NCBI GenBank assembly: GCA_038087875.1
Contig: CM075988.1
Span: 23,314,001 to 23,378,000, forward strand
Source: Malacoraja senta
Taxonomy: Eukaryota
DNA length: 64,000 bases
Direction: 5' to 3'
Shown: positions 25,600-36,772 of the stretch, one piece after another
Position numbering within the stretch: position 1 is the stretch's first letter
How the letters are laid out: each line of letters opens with the position of its first letter
Notes under the pieces: generated by a model
The model's database searches: none
What the model saw: the letters and a program-made list of their open reading frames with translations, nothing else
What the model was told of the DNA's origin: nothing
Position numbers and translations under genes: made by a program

Positions 25600-26915
25600 T
25601 AGTGGAGGTACCTATATGAGGCGATGGACAGGTTTGGCCTCGGTAACAGTTTTATTCTTTGGGTCAGTCTATTATACTCATCCCCGGTGGCCTCAGTACA
25701 AACAAACGGCACACTGTCGCCCCACTTCCCCCTTCAGAGAGGTACCAGACAGGGTTGCCCGTTATCACCACTCCTGTTTGCTGTCGCGATAGAACCCTTG
25801 GCGGTCTGGTTACGCTCAGAGAAGGGCTTTAAAGGTATCACACGGTTCGACACAACTCATAAAGTCTCATTGTATGCGGATGACCTGCTCCTGTACATCT
25901 CGAGTCGGTTATATTGAAACCTCGTACCTCATTAAAAGCTGCGTGGGAGGGTGAGCTGAATACGAAACTAACAGACCAGCAATGGGACTCTGCCTTGGAT
26001 TTGATCCATTCTTCCTCCATATGTGCCCGTCATGCCTAATCCAATGCAAAGTCCTTCACAAAGTCCACTACACAAATGCAAGATTATCTAGAATTTACCC
26101 CGCTGTTAGGGACACCTGCAACAGATGTAATCAATCCCCTGCCAACCATAGCCATATGTTTTGGTCTTGCCCTAAGCTAGCAGCCTTTTGGAGGAGTGCT
26201 TTCGACTTGATAAGCAGAGTCTACGGCCAGACTATTCCTCCAAACCCAATGTCAGCCATTTTCGGTACCCCTCCTAACACCAACCTCTCTGTTGCGGTGA
26301 AACGGGTCCTAGCTTTTACAACCTTGTTAGCCCGGAGACTGATCTTGCTTAACTCTGAGGCTCACCTGTCCCCCGACACACGCCCGTTGGATTAAGGAGG
26401 TGCTTTACAATTTAAAGCTTGAAAAACTTAGGTTCTCTCTCAAAGGCTCCACCAAGACATTCCTAGATACATGGAACCCTTTCTTGGAACTTGTTAACTC
26501 TCTCAGCTTGTCCCCGGACTCGGAAGAGGACTGAGTGTTCTCCACCATTGTTTTGCTCTACTGCAGCTGCTCTCCCCTTAACCCCCCCCCCCCCCCACTC
26601 CCCACACTTATTTATTTAATTACTTACTTATTTACTGTTATCAGTGACCCCCAAATTGTTGTTTTTGGGGGGGGGTTTGTTTTGTTTTAGTACTTTTTGT
26701 TTCGTTTATCTTACCATATTTGTGTGGATGTGTACGTATGTGAGTGTTGTTTGTCCCCGTTTGGTCGGACCTGATTCCGGTGGGTTGAAGGTGGGTAAGG
26801 GTAAGGGCTTTGAGGGTCGCTTACATACTGGTGCACAATTATGCCTTGACTGTCACTGTCTGTTATCATAGTATGTATGCAATTGCTGTGAAATTCAAAT
26901 AAAAAGATTTAAATG
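25600..26915 (+). mobile_element. 5'-truncated, internally deleted L1-clade LINE
   Basis: RT motifs GTRQGCPLSPLLF and SLYADDLL; C-terminal CNRC...HSHMFWSC knuckle; AATAAA at the 3' end; 13-bp TSD AGTAACCCCATCC (25587-99 and 26916-28). Confidence 0.92.
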
Positions 26916-27224
26916 AGTAACCCCATCCCTTAAAGAGATTTAGTACGATTATATATTTTATTGCAATATTCCCAGGGTATATATGCTGTGCAGCTCAGTC
27001 TATCCGTGATTGTTAAAACAAAAAAAGCTTGTTTCAGTGACAGACTTGCAATATCGCATTTTTTCTGTACAATTCAAACTGATCCATATACTTGAAGCCC
27101 TGTCCCTGCTGTCTTATTTTTTGTTAAAGATACAGCGTGGAAACAGGCCCATGGGCCCCACACCCGACCGTCAATCACGCATTCATTCTAGTTCATGTTA
27201 TTCCACTTTTGCGACCACTCCCTA

Positions 27225-27472
27225 CAGCATCCCTCTTCCCATCAGAACTGCCCCCTTCTTCGACTCCTTTAAGTCGAGACTTAAAACTCATCTCTACTCC
27301 CAATCCTTTCTTCACGTCCTCTGAGCGAGGGCTATATGTATGTAGTGATGTTTGTATTTAATCTATGAACCACTGTTGTATAACGTTAGTACCTCCACCA
27401 ATGTAAAGCACTTTGGCCAACAAGAGTTGTTTTTTAAATGTGCTATATAAATAAAAGTGACTTGACTTGACC
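27225..27472 (+). mobile_element. L2-type LINE 3' end inserted in a SINE; near-identical copy at 63652-63890 (minus)
   Basis: PLPIRTAP..DSFKSRLKTHLY; tail TGTAAAGCACTTTG...TGCTATATAAATAAA(GACTT)n. Confidence 0.8.
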
Positions 27473-30400
27473 TGACTACCAATTAGGGGCAATTTACATA
27501 GGCACTTAACCTACATACCCACATGTCTTTGGGATATGGGAGGAAACCGGAGAACCTGGTGGAAAATTGTCAAACTCCACACAGACAACACCCGGGGTTA
27601 GGATCGAACCCAGGTCTCTGGCGTAGTGAGGCAGTGTCTTTACCAACTGCTGCCTCGCAGCCTTGGTCAAAGGTTGTTCTTAAACTTTCTGAGCTCTCAC
27701 CATGGCGATAGACAGTATTTGTACTGAATCACTTTCTGAGGGACCCATGCTGAAATGGAATGCAAAGAGTTGATACTCGAGTGTTGATCCTGTCTCATAC
27801 CCATGCTGTCTAATGCTGGGAGTGTGCAGTTTGGCAAATCCACCTCCAAAATAATAAACAACCTTATCAAACCCTTCCAATGAACCAAAACACACCTTCA
27901 TTTAGTAATTGTGTTACTTCATCCAAAAAAGCTCAACAGAATGGAGATTTAACAATCTATCATTCTTGACATGGGACCAAAAAAATATATTGATACTGCA
28001 TCTGTTTTGTTGGTATTTGGCCCCTGAGAATATGATCTCCTTACTGTAAAAGGGGGAAGTAAGTGAAGAAAGAGCAGAAGGAAAATAAGAGGTGGCAGCT
28101 TCTGATTGAAAAATGTGAGTTTGAGAGTTCAGTGTCCGGAATGGGAGGGAGCGGGATCTGATTCCAAACTGATTCCAAACAGCAGTGGATTGTATCCAGT
28201 TGGGAATTTTAAAGAATTCCGATGTTGTATGGAGACCAGAGACAGCGTGGGAATTCCCATAGCCTCCAAACAAAAACTGGAGAGCTGACAATTATATAAT
28301 TGGTTAACAGTTTAAAATAGAAGTATCAGTAGACCATTCTGTAGAAACAAGGAACTCCATAAGAGCATAAGAGCACAATAAGGGCATAAAGCCCTGGAGT
28401 AACTCAGCAGGTCAGGCAGAACCTCAAGAGAACAGAAAGAGGTGAATTTTCAGGTTGGGACCCTTCTTCAGACCAAAGAAGACGTCACATATCGTCGCCT
28501 ATCCATGTTCTTCCGACATGCTGCCTGACCTGCTGAGTTACTCCAGCACTTTGTGTCCTTAACAGTAATGCATATATGCCCATGTTAACCTTGAAAGCTA
28601 CAACATGAGAAATGTGTGAATGATTATGCATAGTAACAGCAACAGAGGTAAGCTGAATCTGACCTGAAATGAAAGTTCATTGTATTTGCATCACTTGTCT
28701 CTTGTCTTGACCAAGAGGTTGCTGCGGCAAGTGGTATTACTCCCTGCAACTGGGTGAAAAGGTCGCTGTGATAACAGGCCAACAGGATTACATCAGTATC
28801 TTGGTCAAAGAGTGGCCGATAGATTTAGCTAACAAAATCCTTTATCAGACAAAATAATTTAGCGGACAAAGCATTTCTTAGCTGTGTGCCTTCACCTAAA
28901 TAAGCAACTGTTTTGAACCAGTCAGAAATGTTAGGTTATAGGCACCTATTTTAAAAAGGGGCTACACCCAAATTTACAAGCATTACTTCCTATCTTTAAT
29001 AATGATAAAAAGTAAAGTAAGCATCCAAAATAATTGTTCAGCCTTTAAATGTTTGAGAGCCATTGGACCAATATACCCCAGGTAGACAAAAGTGCTGGAG
29101 AAACTCAGCGGGTGCAGCAGCATCTATGGAGCGAAGGAAATAGGCAACGTTTCGGGCCGAAACCCTTCTACAGACTGATGTAGGGTGGGGGGGGGGGGGG
29201 GGGGGGCGGGGAGAAGAAAGGAAAAGGAAGATTTGGATTTTACTCCATTTGTTTTCCAAGAAAACTAACAAATGACCTTCTAAACTCTTCACATACATGG
29301 TTATGATTCAAGTGTCCAGTCCTCTTAGGAGCACTGATCTTCTTCACTAATCAAATAAATGTCAAGTGTCTTTAATGTTAATGAACTCAGAGATGAACTC
29401 CAACAGCAATGATCCTATTCCTTCTGAAGCATGTTTGTCAATGTTAATAGCATCACTTTTTCCACTGCCCAAGGATTTAATAATTTAGATGGCCTTAATA
29501 ATTTTAAATATCTCTATCAAATTCACTCACAATTTCCTCTCTTCTAAGGACAACAGTCTCAACTCCTCCATCTATTGGCATAACTGAGGCCCCTCATCCT
29601 TGGAAGCCTTTTAGTAAAACTCTTATTCACGTTTACATCCTTCCTAAAGTGTAATGCCCATAATTGGAGACATTACTTCAGTTGCAGGAGAAAGTGTTTT
29701 ACAGAGGTTCATCATGGCTTCCTCACTCTCGCTCTCTCTACGTTAATATATGATGCTCAGGATCCTGAATATTTTAACCACATTCTCATTCTGTTCTGCC
29801 ACATTTAACGCCATCAGCAAACTGGGCTGGAAACTGGAAGTATCCCGAGCTAATTCTGCTACCACCTTCACCTATTGCGACAAGTCGCTGATTGTCGCTG
29901 AAAGCTTGCGTTCTTTTCAGGACGGACGATGACAGCGAGGTCAACATTTGTAACAAGATGGACACGAAAAGAAGAAATGCGCACTGACTTTGTGTTCAAT
30001 CTCTCCCACCGGTAGACCTCCCCCTCTCTATTTTGCTATGTACTCTGTTTTGAGATCTAAGAGGCAAAACATATTTGAACATCTTCGCCAGAAGAATAGG
30101 CAAGCCTCGATACTTGGGAACAACATGTCACTTCATAGTAACAAGGAACTGCAGGTGCTGGTCATCCCAAAGAAAGACACAAAGTGCTGGAGTAATGCAG
30201 TGGTTCAGCAACATCTCCAAAGAACATGGATAGGTGACGTTTCGGGGTGGGAAGTTCTTCGGCCTGAAACCTCACCTATCCATCCATGTTTTCCAGAGAT
30301 GCTGCCTGACCTTTAGTTTAGTTTAGCTTGGTTTAGTTTAGAGATACAATGCAGAAACAGGCCCTTCGGCCCACCGGGTCCGTGCCGACCAGCGATCCCC

Positions 30401-31261
30401 ATACACTATAACACTGAACTGAAAACTGAACTAACGTTTCCTGCTCAACAAAACCTTGACTGATAAAGGAAGACATCCTGTATGTCAAATTTATTCTGGT
30501 GAGTTTGTGCTGACTTCCCTTTAAGGTCAATAAATCCTTCCTGAACTGTGGAAACCCAAAGCTGTATCACGGACTCAGATAGGGTCTGACCATGGCTGTT
30601 TTTAACTGGGCATCACTTCCTCCCCTTTGTATTCCAGCAACATAATATTATGTCTATGCTGCTTACAAGTAATACAACAGGGGCATAGAACGACAACGTG
30701 TCCAGTATATCAGTAATTCCAGATGGAAGAATGCATTTTGAACCCATTTCCTTAAAAGGATATTCATCTTCCAGTGGGTTTTCCTCTCAAATTTCATGGT
30801 ATATGAATTTTAAAAAACAATGTTGGCATGATATTTTTTTCGAATTTTATCTTAACCTGAAACTCTAAAACTGCTGTAATAAGTTCATGTTACGACCCTG
30901 TTTTATGTCCAATAACTCCACTGTACCTTAATAGGCAAAGCCTGGTAAAGCTTCCTCTGTTTGTAAATAAACAATGTTCATAAATTCTAAGAGGAGAATT
31001 GGGCCATTCGGCTCATTAAGTATACACCGCCATTCAATCGTGGCTGCTCTATCTCTCCCTCCTAACCCCATTCTCCTGCCTTCTCCCCATAACCCCTGAC
31101 ACCCGCACTAACCAGGAATCTGTCAATCTCCGCCTTAAAAATATCCATTGACTTGGCCTCCATGGCCCTCCGTGGCAATGAATGACAGATTCATGGCCCT
31201 CTGACCAAAAAATGCTGTGATTGGGTATAGCATTATATTCGCTGAATTCTAGTCAAGATTT

Positions 31262-31565
31262 GGGTGGCACAGTGGCGCAGCAGTAAGTTGCTGCCTTACA
31301 GTTCCAGAGACCTGGGTTCGAAACTGACTGCGGGTGCCGTTATACAGAGTTTGTACGTTCGCCCCGTGACCATGTGGGTTTCCTCCGGGTGCTCTGGTTT
31401 CCTCCCACTCCAAAGACGTACAGGTTTGTAGGCTAATTGGCTTTGGTAAAATAAAATGTAGATTGTCCCTAGTCTGTAGGATGGTGCTAGTGTACGGGAA
31501 TCACTGGTCAGCGCGGACTTGGTGGGCTGAAGGGCCTATTTCTGCGCTGTATCTCTAAAGTAAAC
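31262..31565 (+). mobile_element. HE1-type tRNA-derived SINE (representative full-length copy)
   Basis: Box A-like GTGGCGCAGC, box B-like GGTTCGAAAC, central GTGGGTTTCCTCCGGGTGCTC.GGTTTCCTCCCA domain, CR1-like tail GAAGGGCCT.TTTC..CGCTGTATCTCTAAA. Other copies at ~1310-1603, 3945-4270, 12113-12380, 17725-18010, 23840-24100, 24760-25042, 27125-27655, 39260-39793, 41250-41563, 42975-43503, 44935-45160, 46570-46875, 50200-50410, 52860-53772, 55125-55423, 58335-58620, 60725-60888, 61932-62070. Confidence 0.92.
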
Positions 31566-31764
31566 AAAAAATACTTGAAATATTAGTTCAGTAATACAAT
31601 TGTTATATGGCTACTTTCAGGGTAAGCTACACATGTTTATACAAAGTGCAACGGCAGATAAGATCAACTCAGGGCCAGCAATGAAGAAACGTTCATGAGA
31701 AAGAAACTAGATCAATGAAGAATTCAAATTCTGACCGCAGACACCCACATTTCACCTGTATCAA

Positions 31765-32395
31765 AGGTTCAAAGGTCAGTTTATTGTCACGTGTACCAAT
31801 TAAGGTAGAGTGAAATTCGAATTACCATACAGCATACTAAAAAAAGCAACAAGACACACAACTACATAAAAGTTAACATAAACATCCACCACAGCGGATT
31901 CCCCACATTCTTCACTGTGATGGAAGGTAATAAAGTCTAATCTTCTTCCTCTTTATTCTCCCGCGGTCGAGGCAGTCGAACCACCTGCAGTCGGGGCGAT
32001 CGAAGCTCCCGATCGGGGCGGTCGAAGCTCCTGTGGATTGGAGCTCCCGAAGTCGGTCTCTAACCAGGGAAGGCAAACTCCACGATGTTAAAGTCCACAG
32101 GCTCCCGCGGTTGGAGCTCCAAGGTAGATCTCCACCAGGGATCGCCAGCTCCGCGATGTTAAGTCCTGCAGGCTCCCGCGGTTGGAGCTCCCGAAGTCGG
32201 TCTCCAGCAGAGGCCGTCAGCTCCTGGATGTTAGGCCGCAGTGTGGACGGAGATACGATACAAGTCTCCCCCAACCCCCCCCCCCCCCCCCCCCCCCCAC
32301 ATAAAACAAGCTAAATAACACTAAAACATACATTTAACACATACTAAAAAACAACACAGAAGGAAGGGATGAGGCAGACTGTTGGCGATGCAGCC
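31765..32395 (-). mobile_element. Non-autonomous CpG-rich retroposon with Rex1-like 3' tail
   Basis: Tail GTACACGTGACAATAAACTGACCTTTGAACCTTTGA on minus; internal GCTCCCGCGGTTGGAGCTCC repeats; shares ACATCCACCACAGC and a GGCTGC.TCGCC head with 14895-15752. Confidence 0.6.
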
Positions 32396-32763
32396 TTAAA
32401 CAGCAACTTCTGGTGACCTTGACCGCCACCCAAAAAAAAATCAAGTTCGAGGTGACCTGCAACCTCCTACCAGCTCCCACGCATATGTTGAAAACCTTCC
32501 TCCACTATGAAGAAAACCGGCTTCGACTAGACCTGCGACAAAAAAATTATCGATTTTTAAAACGGCAACCTATTTTTAGTCGAGGCCGGTTTTAATCACG
32601 ATGAAAAAATAGCAGCAACCTAGATGAAGCCTCGACCACCGCGGAAACCACTTTCGACCATTAGGGAGAGTGACCAAAACCTCCGGTGACCTCATGGAAA
32701 CCTTGGGTGGCGGGCAAGGTCACCAGAGGTTGCTGTTTAGGTCTCCTAAGTGGGACAGGCGCT
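32396..32763. mobile_element. Second copy of the 24325-24711 MITE, inverted and lacking the left terminus
   Basis: Near-identical reverse complement of 24325-24690. Confidence 0.85.
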
Positions 32764-33611
32764 TTAGTATTCCTCTCCATGGAAATCTTTAGTAAAAGGC
32801 GAAAGATTTATACGATCTGAAGAGAAACCAGAGTATCTACCATTACCCTGACAACACCATCCACGAACGTGTAAATGACAAAAGGAGATTTTGCCAAAGC
32901 AATTAAGGACCAGCCAACATTTAGGCCCTAGTAAATAAAACAGTAGCTTCAAAACGAGGAGGAGTGTGGGGAGAAGCAAGTCAACATTAAAACCAAAAAT
33001 AACAAAACCAAATAAAAGAAGATAGACACAAAATGCTGGAGTAATTCAGCAAGACAGGCAGCATCTCTGGATAGAAGGAATAGGTGAACATTTTGGCTCG
33101 AAACCCTTTTTAAATAACCTGGATATTTTTCTCACTGCTCTTTGTGAGATCTTGCTGTGTACAAATTGATTGCCATAGCTCATTGTATTAGTTAATTAAA
33201 AGTAATTTGGCTGTGACGGCCTTTTGGGCATCCATGTAAAAATCTTTTATAAATTTAGTTTTCTGGACGGTATTACCTAACAGCTAACAATACCAATAAT
33301 CCCAGTGTAGTGAAATTATATCCGTTTTTAAGCAAAATCTAACTTGCCATGTTTTTCAAAGCCACGAATCATGAAACTACCTCAGAAATGAGATTAGCCA
33401 AGTCCCATGGGCCCTTATTTTAATAACATTTGTAAGATTATCTACAATTTCACAGATGGGGCGGTGCATATAGGAGCTGTGCGTCCGGTCGCCATGGTGA
33501 CATTTTTCACTAGGGAGAGAGATATTAATCACAGCAGAAATATTACTTAAACCAACATTAACCGCTTGGGTACTGATATGGCACAAGTATACCAAACTCA
33601 GAGTGGTATTG

Positions 33612-34235
33612 TGCAGGAAGGAACTGCAGATGCTGGTTTACACCAAAGATTGACAAAATGCTGGAGTAACCCAGCGAGACAGGCAGCATCTCTGGAGAGA
33701 AGGAGTGGGTGACGTTTTTGGGTCGAGACCCTTTTTCAGACGGAGAGTCAGGGTAGAGGGAGACTAGGGATATGCGGAAGGGTAAGGTGTGGAAATGACA
33801 GATCAAAGCAGACATTGATCAGGGGAATGTAGAATGGTTCATTGTTGGCTGAAGGGGAAGGTGACAACGTGGCATACAAACAGTAAAATTAATCATGAGG
33901 ACAGTGAAACTAGTCTGAGAACTAGGATGGGGGAGAGAGGGAAAGCAAGGATTACTTGAAGTTAGAGGAATCAATAGTCATACTGCTGGGGTGTAAGCTG
34001 CTCAACTGAAATATGAGGTGCTGTTCCTTACGTTTGGCCTCACTCTGACAGTGGAGGAGGCCCAAGACAGAAAGGTCAGTGTGGGAATGGGAGGGGAGTT
34101 CGAGTGTTTGGCAACCGGGGGATCGTATAGGCCCAGGCGGACACCTTCGCTCAGCCCGTCTGGGCCTACGTGATTCCCCTGGTTGCTAAACACTTTAACT
34201 ACCCCTCCCATTTCCACACTGACCTTTCTGTCCTG
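33612..34235 (-). mobile_element. Penelope-like element 3' part (GIY-YIG C-terminus plus terminal repeat, with a short inverted piece)
   Basis: Degenerate PVAKH.NS..HSHTDLSVLGLLHCQSEAKR..EQHLIF remnant followed by the terminal repeat. Confidence 0.8.
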
Positions 34236-34255
34236 TCCTGTTAGTTTATTTGCTG

Positions 34256-34386
34256 GGGTGGGAGATTGCAACCCTCACGTGGTCCACCCTGTTTCGACTA
34301 ATGCAATCAACGCGACGTGCACAAACAAGATCCAATAGAACAAGTTGACCTACAACTTTAGGCTGTGCACGCCATACGCAAGAAGA
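34256..34386 (+). mobile_element. Short 5'-truncated non-LTR retroelement with (AAG)n tail
   Basis: 13-bp TSD AGTTTATTTGCTG (34243-55 and 34387-99); ends GCCATACGCAAGAAGAAG. Confidence 0.7.
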
Positions 34387-35486
34387 AGTTTATTTGCTGC
34401 GAATGATTTCTGGAAAGGCTACTCCTTGTTCATAGATCGTCCTCTTATTTCCATTAAAATTGTCCAATTTTTACTGAGATCTTAACAGCCACCTCCTTCC
34501 ACTCTGTGCAACGTGCAAACATACAGCTTATTTTCACATCAGATTCATCAGCCATCCGATGATATCATTGCAATGACATTTGGTGGCAGTGACAACTTGC
34601 ATTAAAATAGCAGATCCAAGGTAGAAAAAACATTCCAGAAGTACAATCAAAGGAAACAGGAAATGAGACACGGTTTACTCAAATGCTTAAAGGCACCTCC
34701 ATCTGTCGGAAAGCTGACATAATCTTATGGTTCAGAGTAATCGTCCAGAACAGAATTTCAGAAGGTGCTACAAAGCCTCTAGCCTTGGCCTCTCCTCTGG
34801 TACGGATAAATGAGTCTTGTTCCCGAGCACATTTCTTCCCCCGATGAATAACTTCATTGAATAAGTGGAATCTGTGAGGCAACCGATGGCCTTTGTCACG
34901 TGAGAGAGCTGGCAATTTACGTAAGAGCAAGGGGTGAAAATAAGAGAACAGTATGAATCGGATAGAAACACTTATCAAAGAGCCACAGAAGCAGCTACTT
35001 CACATCAATGATTCACAGAATTTAGCTGGAGACCAGTCTTCAACCCGATCTCAAATCCCTGGGTAATTCTCCAGCCATCTCATGAAAAATCTGGATGCAG
35101 TATTCTTGCTAATACCTGTGTAATTATCTCCTACTGAAAGGATTAGTTAAACATGTTCATTTTTTTCTCCATTTACTACTGACAGCCCGATTCTTGGCGA
35201 AATACAAAAGTGTGAAAGCCATCAGCTACCTGCTCAATATTTAATGACAGCAACCGTTATCGGGCAGTTCCATGGTGATGTGAATCACAGTAAGGTCAAT
35301 ACTGTTCTCTGCACATGTATAAGTCCTCATTACGGTCACTAGATAGCACGTAGCTGGGGACGCTTGCTGCTTTTCCTTGCTCCATCCCCAATGCACAGAC
35401 CTCAATATTGCTCCGTCCCAACTAAGCAAATTCATCACTGGCCCATCCATGTAGCCTTCCAGTCTGCATGCCACTCAACAGACACT

Positions 35487-36772
35487 CGGAAGGATGAGAG
35501 GATATCTTATTGAAACATAAGATTATTAAGGGATTTGACACGCTAGAGGCAGGAAACATGTTCCCGATGTTGGGGGAGTCCAGAACCAAGGGGCCACAGT
35601 TTAAGAATAAGGGGTTGGCCATTTAGAACGGAGATGAGGAAAAACATTTTCACCCAGAGAGTTGTGAAGCTGTGGAATTCTCTGCCTCAGAAGGCAGTGG
35701 AGGCAAATTCTCTGGATGCTTTCAAGAGAGAGTTAGATAGTGCTCGTAAAAGATAGCGGAGTCAAGGGATATGAGGAGAAGGCAGGAACGGGGTACTGAT
35801 TGTGGATGATCAGCCATGATCACAGTGAATGGAGGTGCTGGCTCGAGGGGCCGAATGGCCTACTCCTGCACCTATTGTCTATTGTCTAAATGGTGTCTTT
35901 ACCCAATTTGCCTGTAGGATAAAGTAGTATTTGGACAATTCGCAGACTACAAGATGCCAAGTCTGTAATAATGGAAAACATACTGTTAACTGTCTGACAA
36001 CCAAAGAACTGGGAGAGGCACAAGGAACTACTGACGTTGGAATCTTGAACTAAACACAAGGTGCTGGAGGAACTCAATGGGTCAGGCAGCATCTGTGGAG
36101 GGAAGGGCAGGCAACATTTCGGGTCGGCACCCTTCTTCGGAACTGGAGGGATTGAGAACTGTAGTTTAATTTATTTTAGTTTATTGTCACATGTACCAAG
36201 GTACAGTGAAAAGCTTTTATTAGTACATATAAGCAAAATAATCACACTAAACCAAAGGATCAACTTCAGATGTAACCAATTAACTCCGTGTGCACGTACA
36301 CACACAGTGTACAGATACATGGTAAAGGGAATAACGTTTAGTGCAAGATAAAGTCCAGTCACGTCGTTTTAGAAGGATGAGATGGGATCTCATTGAAACA
36401 TATAAGATTGTTAAGGGCTTGGACACGCTAGAGGCAGGAAACATGTTCCCGATGTTGGGGGAGTCCAGAACCAGGGGCCACAGTTTAAGAATAAGGAGTA
36501 AGCCATTTAGAACGGAGACGAGGAAACACTTTTTCTCACAGAGAGTGGTGAGTCTGTGGAATTCTCTGCCTCAGGGTGGTGGAGGCAGGTTCTCTGGATG
36601 CTTTCAAGAGAGAGCTAGATAGGGCTCTTAAAAATAGCGGAGTCAGGGGATATGGGTAGAAGGCAGGAACGGGTACTGATTGGGGATGATCAGCCATCAT
36701 CACATTGAATGGCGGTGCTGGCTTGAAGGGCCGAATGGCCTACTCCTGCACCTATTGTCTATTGTCTATTGT
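35487..36772 (+). mobile_element. Two CR1 3' fragments (35487-35887 and 36365-36772) with Penelope and Rex1 pieces between
   Basis: DLIETYKI/SRTRGHSLRI remnants and CCTATTGTCTATTG tails. Similar CR1 ends at ~2915, 13630, 19570, 20375, 21095, 30990, 43115, 52330, 54030, 56490, 57425, 59290, 59978, 61230, 62120. Confidence 0.9.

Noticed and set aside
34727..34799. In-frame phase-1 candidate for MCAM exon 1 (MVQSNRPEQNFRRCYKASSLGLSS)
   Set aside because: No hydrophobic signal-peptide core and a weak donor
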